Shown in pieces: positions 54,101-64,000 of a stretch of 64,000 bases of DNA (positions are counted from its first letter, which is position 1; each line of letters starts with the position of its first letter). The stretch lies in contig NMRA01000272.1 in NCBI GenBank assembly GCA_002633005.1, forward strand, positions 437,817-501,816. The letters are read 5' to 3'. Source of the DNA: Phoronis australis (lineage: Eukaryota; Animalia; Phoronida). The position numbers and the translations under genes are program-made. The notes under the pieces were generated by a model. That model was not told the origin of the DNA and ran no database searches. It saw nothing but the letters and a program-made list of their open reading frames with translations.

Positions 54101-57100
54101 TGGCAACTTGCAATCCCGATTTAGACAAGTGATCAATCACCAGTGTCTTTTTCTGCCCTAGCATGAGCTGTTTGGTAAGCCGGTATTTGTAAGTGAAATC
54201 ACTGTCAACGAAATGCCGGCCACACACACGGAGATGTTTCACGGCCTCATATTTGGTATTAAAGGCGTAATTTTCAATCTTCTTAGACGCGAGCCACTTC
54301 CGAAGCATTTCGGGTTCTCGAGAAAATCGAAAAAACGATATACCAGTTTTCCTCGCAGCTTTATAATTCGCACAAGCGGAAACGATACACCACACCATAT
54401 TGGCACTCATTCTGCAGAAGAACCACTGACGTCGCTGCGTCGTTTAGTCACCTTCCTCACAGGTTGACACGACACCTCTCGGCGAAGTAAGATCGACCGT
54501 ATACGAGGTGATGTGGATATTGACCGATTGAGACGGTAAAAAACTAATTAAATCCAGTGGAATTCTCCTTTAAATCCAGTAATCAATTAATTATATGATA
54601 ACCACTAATTGAAACAAGTGAAACCTATAATTAATTGAATACAATAACAATAAAGTAAAACAACTACGCTAGCGTCCTCTTTGAGGATACTTTCAGTCAA
54701 TTAACAAAAGTTAATCAGTGTGCCATTTAGCGAATCAGCAAGGAGCCAACTAACACAGCCAGGAGACGGCAACTGATTATTAAAAAGTAGTCAACGAATG
54801 TGACAATTGTTAAATCAATGACTCAATAGATCATCACAAAAAGTAGCACTGATTGGATCATTAAATAACCATTATATCATATGTTCTTAGTGATCTTGCG
54901 CATGTTTAACAGAGATTAATCACTTTGCCCATAGGAACATTTTTGACGGCCTCTCCAATTCAAGTACATGAGCAAATTCTTCCAAAACCTTGTGGTGTCT
55001 TCAAGTAAATTTTCTTTCAACTAGGGATACAATACCGCTTGACAGATTATGCTGAAGTGTCTCAAAACCTCAACATCCGTTGCACCTGTCGTCGTCTTCA
55101 AGTTTCCACAACTTTGCTTTGGTAGGCAAGCAGTCACTAGTTGACTTAAGGAAAAAAGCTAGACAATGGTGCTCCAACAATCTTAGATCTGTCGACGAAA
55201 TCTTCCTGTTGAGAATCCCTTCTCATACCTCTTGCTTCCTCACACCAACAGCGCGTGCCTTTCTTGCTCCTTCTTCCTCGTTGGGAACCTCTGCTAACAC
55301 CATACTGGTTTAACTTTCCTTTAACACTTACAAAGCTTCTGGACTTCTGTACTTTGAATTTTATCCTTGCCAAGCATAAAGTTCTTCAAGCTTTCTTAGC
55401 ATCCAACCAGCGATAATAACTAAGTTTGTAGACATGGTCTAATCATTGACAAAAGGCCGGCATGATAGCATCCTAACTCCCTCTAGCAAAGGTCCTCTAA
55501 ACTCTTTGGCTGCATGCTCCACCACTAGATTCATTGTTAATACGACCAGGACGACTGAAATAGTGCACACGGTTAGAATACCTTGAAATCTTGAAATTTC
55601 ATGGAAATGTCCTTGGTAGTGAGCCTCACCTTGACACCTCTGAAATACATACAATAGATTGTCAACTGGGACATCACAAACTTCTAAGGCCTCGAATAAC
55701 AAACTATGCGGCTCTCAAACATGCGCGTTTGCTAGGTCCAGTCGAACTAGGATCAGATTCAACTTGTTATTCTTGGACTCCTTTACTAGCTCTGAAATGA
55801 TGGCGTTGAGCTCCAAACATTCAGAAAACCGTGGAATTTCTACCGTATGGACGGTCCTCCCAATAAATTTATTCTTCAACAAATATCAGAGGTCTGGCTG
55901 GAAAAAGTAAAAACGATCTTGCACTCTATATCCAACAACGATATGGGACAAATATCCTTGATTAACTTTGCATCATGCTGGTTTGGGACAAAACCCCAAT
56001 TCCTTAGAAGCTTTTTTGATTTCCAGATGCGTCTAAAAAGGTCCACAGTTACCTTAGCAGGCGCATACACTCCTTATACAGCCTGTAAGAGAACCGATGG
56101 CCCAGGAGCGGAAACGATCTTGCTTTCTTCACAATCTTTCTGAACTTCAGAAAGCTTGCTGTCACTGAAGGAATGGTAGCTGCATCCATCCAGTTAAAAT
56201 ATTCTAAAGGTGTTTTCCTAACTTCGGTTGCCGTGTGTGGTGGCCAGATGCTGTTCTAACCCTTCTTTGGTACACGACAGCCAGATGGTCACTGATTTTG
56301 TTGCTCAGCAGCTCTTTGACAAACGTGAAAAGATTGACATAAAATTAATGTCTTGTTCTAGCTTTCTCCTTCCTTTTTTTCGCAATCACTCTGCCCTTCA
56401 AAGCTTCAACAAGCAATCTCTGAACTCATCTGTCATAGCAGACAAACCCTCTTTCTCTGACTCCGCTGTGTCTTTCCATTGCATTTTAAACCTCTCAAAT
56501 CTGCCCGGGTTCCTTTGAACTGGTCCCACCAACGTTACGTCATGAATTTTGGTTGAATCCTTATCAACTGCCTGCATGCACTTGTGTTGTTATGCTTGGA
56601 CCACAGAATCTTGTCACGCTTGGCGCACTCGGGTTTGGGGCTGGTACCGATCTTAAGTCTCTTTGAAAGATTGAGATAGACTGTACGGAATCTTCTATTA
56701 ACATTGATTTAAGTGCGAGTACTTCTCGAGAATTCTCGGTGTTAGCGAAAACCTGCGATTGACTACTGGTCACAGAATCGTGAGAGGCTCTTTTGAGTCA
56801 TTTGAAACTTTGATGAATGCCTCTAGAACTTTAGGATCAAAAGGGACTCGCGTCTGACTGCTGGCGACCAATGGTCGGTGCTCAGCGTCAAGGTCAACTT
56901 TACTGTGATTGGAATCCCGGCTGTTAACTTAAACCGTCTCACTGGGTGCGCAACTTGTTTCACCCAAGCGTTTCCTCTGTAATCACGTCTTTATAATCCG
57001 GTTGATTCTGACTCCTAGTTCATTCTTGCAAACCCTGACGCAGACCTGACATACTTTACTTGGCTTAGGCGAAATCGTAATTGGTAAATGTTTCCTTGTC

Positions 57101-60100
57101 GTAACCTTAGATAGGTAATCGGTAGATTCTTCCATCCCGCCTCTGTGTTATAATTTCAGTCGTTTCTGCTGGATATGACATTGCCATAGTTACGTCATCA
57201 CAACATGAAGCTATCTCACATGGTGACCTCTATGTCCAGATATATGGACTATCAGGAAGTAATTCAAATTGGCTCAAGATATCACCAGAGAAAGACTTCC
57301 TACCGGGAAGGTAAGATTGGTCCTTGCTAAACCTTCATTTCTGTAGATGTACCCAACTTAGTAACACATGCAGGCCCTAATCAGGGCTAGGGGTCTATTC
57401 ATTGTACTCGAAATTGATCTCGAAGTTATTTTTGGCACTTGTCATTCTTTTTGCGAATTCAAGATATGAGCTTATTCTTGTGTGTTTGAGTACATGGTGG
57501 TTTACGAAGCTGACTAATCTGACTTGGTGACCCCAGAATTCACGTTTTGTAAAACTTAAAAGTTCGACGCATCTCGGATCTAGAAGTTGTCAAGGGTAAA
57601 CTTGGACCAAAAACTCATCTATACGTGAAGCAACTCCTACACTAACAATTGAGATTTTGTTACCCAAACGCCTAAGATTGCTTAGGGGCACGAAACAGTT
57701 CTCACTGAGTTTGGCCTAGCAAACCACACATCATTGGACTTGTCGCCTTTTCTTTACTTTGTCGAAAACCACATGCAAAGAATGAAAAGTTCTGAGCCAT
57801 TTTACATCACAAGCCTTACAGATGAGCACAGAGACTTTTGTTCTGTTTCGTTGTCTGTTCCTTCTATTTCAACCGAAAGCAAGACAGGATAACAGAACAC
57901 TGGTTCAAGAAGCCTTTTGAACCCAAACCTACGAATTCCCTGCTGATACGTGACATAAGTCAACATTAAAGTCTAAAAGAAAGTTTCCAACAGAATCCAA
58001 ATATGTCGTCCAAAAGTACTGTCAACTAACTATTTTTTTGCAATTCTGGCTTATTTGAAGGCTACCTGAAGTCGCATAAGATTTTTCAGTCGCTACCCAG
58101 CAATGCACAAAGGGGTAGCGTTTGAGAGACATGCTGGCCCAGTGGCCCGGAGACAGTGGATTTGCGACCGGGCCAGTAAATTTTCACAAATAGGCCCATG
58201 TGGATGTGGTCTCATATTCAAGTAAGTGGCCCCGCACGCCATCACATGTATTTGCTGAAGCTCGAACAATGCAAAGGGAGCAGCCATGTTGAAGTTGAGT
58301 GCAGCTATCAGTCCCAACATATTAACAAATACTAGAAAACCAGATTCACTCAGCCTACATGCAAAGCTGCCCCCAAGCCTGGCCTACCCCTAGAATTTAA
58401 TTTTTGGGAAGTAAAAATAGGCCGCGGTTGCAGCCTAACTGTTCAGTCATACTTTGACAAACTCGCAGTCCTAATCTGTTAAACAAAACACTACTGTACT
58501 CTAAAAACATTACTCTGAATTGAAAGTCCCCATAAAGGGGCTTCCTGATGTTCTCAGATACTGTATTATTTCCTTGGGCTCTTACTCTTCGTCTGTTGTT
58601 TTAAAAATAGTGGTTCCCAGTTTTTGTTATGTTCCCAAATGTGAAGGTCTGTAATTGAGACAAGCAAAGAATATCAACCCGAGAACCCAGTATTAGAAGA
58701 ATTGAACGCCTGTCGGGGCTGTGCGTTGATTGAACCCTTGGGGTTGGCAAGCGTCGACCGCAAGCGATCAGCAGTGGCCAGTGTCAACCGCTTTCAAATT
58801 CGGGGAAGCATGTCGATGGTGATCTAACACTTACGTGCGCCATATGAGTTGCATACATGTAATTTAAGCACCTTGATATGTCAACGTACGCATGTTGAAA
58901 AGTGGCCGATGGATGTACTGTATCCTCTCTGTCAGCCACAATTTGTGCCAGTCTATTCCTGATACCCTCTACCTTTGCCATGTTCTTATTTTTGGTAGTC
59001 AATACACAGCGCATGCGTCGATTATTAAACCGACGGTTACAGACGAGAAAAGAATTTACGATGTAGATTAATTACTTACATGTGTAAATTACGCACGTAA
59101 ATTAACTTTAATTTACACCGTTAAAAGTTAATTCACGCCGCAAATAATTACTTTACGCCGATAAAAGTTAATTTACGCGGCAAATGATTAATTTGCACCA
59201 CTAACAAAAAATAATTCGGGCACGTTATTTTACGGCAACACTTTTCCCCTAACGGCCAATCATAATTCACAAATTAAATGTGCATGGCTTAGCCACGGTG
59301 CTGAAGAAATCATATTCGCTGAGTTCTCTTATAATGTAATGATTTTAAAAGTTGATTTTTTGCTTTACTTGTTGTTCTTTTTGACTTTGAAAACTCGTAC
59401 GCTAAGCAGCCGTGTTGGTTCACGACCGCAACTATCTCGTCCAATACACATTCGGCCAAGCCCATAAATAGCGGCTGGCTCACTGTACGCTGTGGGGGCG
59501 CCATCAAGCCTTTAGTGTGTCGATGATTTCGCTGACTCTGGGGTGAAAAATGTAGCTTGAGTGCAAATCCTGTTAGCGTAAGATTTGCCTAATGATAATA
59601 AAACCATGAAGTTCTCTAACGCAGAATAAAAACATCCACAGCGCCTTCAGTTCGCACAGAAACAAGATGACCAAGGTAAAAGCGAGTTCTATTTTGAGTA
59701 TAAGATTAGATCCCGGGCCATACAATTACTATTGATAATAAAACAAAACAGAGTCTGTAAACAGCAGATTGTTCCACAGGCATAGTTTTGTGCGAGCTAA
59801 GAAAGATCACACGAATGAATAGCGAGTGTTTCGGGGAGTGGCCAGTGAACTGAGATATCGCCTAGGTTGGGGATTTGAACCATTGGATTGAAGTCAGTCT
59901 TTGTGTTCCGTAAGTGAAGATTTTTCGCCGCAAGCCGTGAGTGTAAGCGATCTACGAAACCAATGTTACTCGACGCTATAGAAGTAATAGCCAATATCCG
60001 CATATTTATTAATTTACGTTGCTCCTAACCAATATTCATGTAATACCGAGGGACTTCCGACAATGGCTGTAAAATGTTTGTACTGCATTAGAACTGAGTA

Positions 60101-62643
60101 ATTGGTCATTAGTAGTGTCAGTTTAATTCACTCGTTTCAGCCCAGAGTTTTTCTATTTCGCCGACGATGTTGTACCGGATCTTGGAACATTGTATAAAAT
60201 ACGACTTATACTCAGAGAATTTAGCAAAAGTTGGCATTTGACTAAGGTGAGTTTTTAAATTAACCAAATTTCTATATAAGCCAGAACTATCGAAGAAATC
60301 AATATCCATTCACTATTATGTGCAAATTAAATGAAATTCACCTTTTCTGCATAGATTGTTATACGCGACACTTATCGGCCTGGAGTGAAATTTCACGAGT
60401 TTCTCTGCAACTGCCAGCTGGATGGTCAGGGTCAGGAGTTGTTTTGTCCAGGTACACAACGAGTTTACCGTAAAAGCGCAACCAAACATCGCCTTTTGTC
60501 CAAAACAACTTTCCATTAATTCTACTCATCGCTGGAAAATCGGTCTCGTCTTGTTCAGATTTAAAATTATTTCCAGGTTTGAGAAGTGACAATCGTTGCT
60601 TCGAACCAGGTCATTTTAAAAGTTGCTTGTCAAGGCTTAAAGAGTTTCCACCATGACCCTGTTTCTTAAAACGAATTTTCTTACTACAACTTTAGAGATT
60701 TAATAGCCTTTAGTAAACCTGTTGCTAAGAAACAAGCCAAAATTAAAAAAAAATTCTGTTATCGAGATTGTAAGTAATGGGTGGAAGACAGTCTCCGGCG
60801 TTGTTGTTTTAGCAGTGCGATACTGAGGAGTTGTGAGGAAAGTCCGCGCAGAGCCGCTTTTTTCACACATGAAAAGGTGCATCTGTGGAGGTTGTAGTAA
60901 CAACAACTTGAGTGAGTGTTCAAATTTCCTAAATACGTTGCACAGAAATGGCATCGGTTTGTGCACCGCACGAGAGTGTGGAATGTCGGTGTGGAACACG
61001 GGATTCAGTCGTGAGCCACACTTTGTTCGGCATATTTTAAAGAATTGTGTTTCGACCAAACACAAAGGTGGCGTTAGGATGAAGGACTTGCCACCTTGCA
61101 AGTGTAAATTTTATAAATAACGAGGAAACTTCCAGCATTCTAGGGCGAATGATGCCAGGCTCTCGACCCCGGTCCAGATGAGTGCTACGACACGTAGACT
61201 TGTGGACTGTGTTAAGACCAGGCTCATTCCATGCAATAAGATGACCCAGGTTTACTGTGGCCTTTGTCATCAGTGATTATTAAGTGTCTATTTTGTAAAT
61301 ATTGACCACCCCTTGGTTCAGTTGGTTGTGGCTCACATATGTCTGCAGCATTTCTTGTGCAAGTGGGTCGAGTTCATACGGCCTGAAAGCCGACGGAAGA
61401 GTCGCTAAGTGCGAAATCGATTCATTGTCCGATTCTTCAAGTACTTGAGTTTGATGCCCGTATCCACTGTCTTCTCTGTCGGCATACTATGTAATTATCC
61501 AGTTCTCGCTCAAAATCGTCCTCGTCTTCTGATCTGCTGTGTTCCACCATTGCAATTAATTGTCAAGTGACCAAATGTCTTCCACCCATTGCATCATTTG
61601 GCGGGAAACTTGGAAATAAATAATTTTTCTTCAAAATTTAAAAAATCGAGACTATTTGGCATCAAAAGTGCTTATTTAGCTAGATTTCATGGTATTTATT
61701 TCATATCAGTTCACTGAAACCTAAAGAACTAAGAAAATACATGGTGGGAACTCTTTAACAGATTCAGTCACTAAACCATTATGTCAGTCAGGGGAATTTT
61801 AGACGTTTTAAACTATTAGTTGCATGGTCCTTGATGTCATTTTCAAGTCAAAATTTGATATTTTTAATGTTTAATTTCAGATTCCTTATCGACCCTGATT
61901 GAAGTTTACTGTCAAATATCGCTTCTAGATCACACGAAGTCAACAACACATTAGCTTGTTTCGTATAATTAGGTCGACTTGCTAAGATAATTCGAAATTT
62001 TTTGAAATTCATTAATTTTAGTAATTAGTGAGCGTTTGAAAACAATACAAGCTTTTCAAAACCTATCTTAGGTTTACGCTTCAAATCAATGAAAAGTAAA
62101 AATGAATGTCAAGCTAATTCTGCAAGACGGGAGAAAAAAGCAAACCCACCCGGCTATCTGCCCGAGCAAACTGGACATTTCTGGATTAATGTTCTACTGA
62201 TCTCGCGCTGCAGTCCAACACTCGATTTCGTTTCAAAACACAACAGATTTTTGCAATTTTGTAGCTCTTCAAGAAGTCAATCATACCCCAAAATAGCCCC
62301 CATTGCGCCATTTTCGTTATTGCAAGAACCAAATGTGTAACAGAGCTGCAACTCTTTGGTGCAAAGCTAGCAGATTTATACAATATTGGGACACTATAAA
62401 TGACGACGGGTACACGTGTCCGTACCTGTCCATCATGAAACAATCTGCCGGAACTTCATGTTTCAGTTGACGGAGGTTGGACTGAGTGGAGCCCGTGGTT
62501 ACCGTGTGTTGGAGATTGCAAGAGAGGGCCGAGTAAACAAATGCGAAGTAGGTCATGCACACACCCTCAGCCACAAAGAGGAGGCGACCGCTGTGCAGGC
62601 CAGAGATGGGAGGAAAAAACCTGCTCACCTGTTGTCTGCCTTG
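51199..62643 (+). CDS. Tandem paralogue B, 3'-partial: signal peptide + divergent PLAT domain + at least one TSP1 repeat
   Basis: join(51199..51289,57160..57310,60141..60246,60355..60451,62467..62643,...). Exon-end phases 1,2,0,1,1 are the same as paralogue A. Translation: MASTWRMCESRSSLLRNISITFYTLLIIIG|VVSAGYDIAIVTSSQHEAISHGDLYVQIYGLSGSNSNWLKISPEKDFLPG|SPEFFYFADDVVPDLGTLYKIRLILREFSKSWHLTK|IVIRDTYRPGVKFHEFLCNCQLDGQGQELFCP|[59 protein letters not shown]. The first exon is the least certain. Confidence 0.8.
53126..54569 (-). mobile_element. Kolobok-like non-autonomous DNA transposon with an open THAP-domain ORF, copy 2 (intron 1 of paralogue B)
   Basis: On the minus strand it starts ttaa|AGGAGAATTCCAC; the far end is degenerate. 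Collinear with 37922-39591. Confidence 0.78.
54054..54410 (-). CDS. THAP zinc-finger ORF (118 aa) inside the Kolobok-like element
   Basis: MVWCIVSACAN...ISFFRFSREPEMLRKWL...LRVCGRHFVDSDF has the C2CH THAP signature. No DDE domain follows, so it may not be expressed. Confidence 0.55.
   Translation of the reverse strand: MSANMVWCIVSACANYKAARKTGISFFRFSREPEMLRKWLASKKIENYAFNTKYEAVKHLRVCGRHFVDSDFTYKYRLTKQLMLGQKKTLVIDHLSKSGLQVAMLTLCVLFQNELFSP
54930..57135 (-). mobile_element. Degenerate HERO-clade (RLE-type) non-LTR retrotransposon
   Basis: N-terminal zinc finger CQVCVRVCKNELGVRIN; APGPS; ISLLDIECKI; GIPRFSECLE; WLDLANA-like; GILTVCTISVVLVVLTMN; CRPFVND; ARIKFKVQKSRS; FFLKSTSDCLPT...KLWKL...C..C...TLQHNLS; RHHKVLEEFAHVLELER. 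Many stops, an internal deletion, and the 3' RLE domain is missing. Confidence 0.8.
59108..59207. repeat. 20-bp minisatellite, about 5 degenerate units (ttaatttacgccgmwaawrr)
   Basis: ttaatttacaccgttaaaag / ttaattcacgccgcaaataa / ttactttacgccgataaaag / ttaatttacgcggcaaatga / ttaatttgcaccactaacaa. Confidence 0.75.
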
Positions 62644-63800
62644 GTATTACATTCATGTCAAGTGTGTCACTCATTACCCTTACAAGACTTGGTGCTGAGT
62701 ACCATTGCTTGCATTACTTTGAGTTGTTGTTCCAGATTTATTCGTTTTGTTTCTTATCAGCGCTTGCACAACGTCGGTATGAGTTGTTTTAAGAATATTG
62801 CCAGGTTCAAAGTGCTGCATAATTCTGTAAATTTAAAAAAAATAATGACCCTAAACACAAAAAGCATAATAAAACAACGATATTCAATCTGAACACTTTT
62901 GGCGCGACAAACCTAACAAGATGATTTGAAATGCTGGCCGAAACTCAACATCAATAGCTTGACTTGCATGCCGACTGTCCGGTGAAACATTTCTCTTCTT
63001 AACATCTCACGAGAACTTGGATTTTAGGGAAAATTACCTTGTGACTGCATCCAATGTTGTTGAATTTTTGTTTCATCTGATGACGTGTACATCTATACTG
63101 CAATATTACGGAGACCTCATCTCAATTCACGGCGTTATGAGTATTCTTGAGCTAGACTGGCTCTAAATTTTCTCTTGCAATCCACTGCTTCACTGTCAAG
63201 CGGGGCTGCGTTTGAAGTCAAATGGTTATTCTCGTTGGCGTGATTTGTGGCAGCTAACACATATTTCTCTTGTGACATATATGTCGCATTCAACTCATAT
63301 TGTTGTCCCGACGGTATGTGTGGTCAAATTATGATGGCACACATTGTCGCTCCCTACAACCGTCTACCTTTAGCGTCGGAAATTGCATGGTTGTGTACAT
63401 ATAGGCCTACGTAGGCTGTGTCCAGGTGAAGGCATGGGCAATGTCCAAACTTTAGCGAGGGACTCTACCAGTGGACGTTTGAAGGGATTCGAATGTGGAT
63501 CCGGAGTTCGAGTAACGAGGGAGGGATTAAAACACGTCTTCAGTATCCCAAATGTTACTGTTTTCAAAATCAGCGCTCCTTCAAACGAGGCTGGCACCAA
63601 GCGTGGCAATCGTCATTGTCATCACCAGCCATCTTTCGGATATTACCCTGTTCAATTTGCTACAACCTCGTTTTGGGTTTCTTATAATATTTTGGGGCTC
63701 CTTCTGACCCTGGATCCGCTTACATGTATATGCATGAAGCCCTGTTAAGCAGACTTCCTTGCAAGACACTGGTGGGAGGATATGTATAGGTTTTCTCTTC

Positions 63801-63894
63801 ACATATTGTCACACCCGACACATATTGTTGCCCGGGCGACAATAACGCGTCAATGTTGCTACCATAATATGTGTCGAGTGTGACAAAATATGTC
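63801..63894. repeat. Palindromic repeat
   Basis: acatattgtcacacccgacacatatt pairs with aatatgtgtcgagtgtgacaaaatatgt. Related motifs at about 63270-63350. Confidence 0.55.
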
Positions 63895-64000
63895 ACCATA
63901 AGTGTTCCTTTTAGCGCTCGTAAAAGGTCTGTTGTTTGCAACTGATTAAATATCGTTTTTACGCTCTTGCAGGGCATGTTAACCAGAATTTCAAGCAGTT

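Noticed and set aside
59108-59207. CRISPR-like array
   Set aside because: The units are contiguous and degenerate with no unique spacers, the context is eukaryotic, and there are no cas genes.
60700-61120. Cys-rich ORFs (60833-61120 + and 60700-61101 -) as an extra exon or gene
   Set aside because: No recognisable domain. The candidate acceptor at 60945 read in phase 1 hits a stop, and no phase-compatible donor was found.
61300-61600. Acidic minus-strand stretch with PYELDP resembling the PYxFEP motif of transposon accessory proteins
   Set aside because: The expected downstream Cys cluster is absent and the frame is broken, so the evidence is too weak.
63383-63748. 121-aa ORF with CGSGVRVTR and a hydrophobic end as the terminal exon of paralogue B
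   Set aside because: It lacks the Trp/Cys pattern of a TSR, the acceptor is weak, and it is bracketed by related palindromic repeats that suggest a TE interior. It cannot be fully excluded without transcripts.

Overview
This is intron-rich, AT-rich eukaryotic (metazoan, probably marine invertebrate) genomic DNA from a draft assembly, with an N gap at 63-228 and single Ns at 25215 and 41687. Most ORFs in the supplied track are spurious or are exon read-throughs. Splicing by hand (GT-AG sites, phase-consistent) gives three genes. (1) A complete 7-exon IQCK orthologue on the minus strand (15475->8339, 281 aa). (2) A complete 15-coding-exon gene on the plus strand (28008-47674, 817 aa) for a type I membrane protein: signal peptide, extracellular PLAT/LH2 domain, nine thrombospondin type-1 repeats (TSRs), TM helix, and a tail rich in tyrosine motifs (YEEI, NPxY, YxN, two YxxP). 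(3) A tandem, strongly diverged paralogue directly downstream (51199->62643, probably running out of the window) with the same exon phases, almost invisible in the ORF track. The PLAT-TSR receptor pair is the best candidate for an undescribed system, but novelty and function are inferences that need database and expression checks. The rest is transposon debris: Penelope GIY-YIG, L1/Tx1 and HERO non-LTR remnants, two THAP-bearing Kolobok-like elements, a TA-flanked TIR element in two copies, several MITE-like hairpins, and a hammerhead-like motif.
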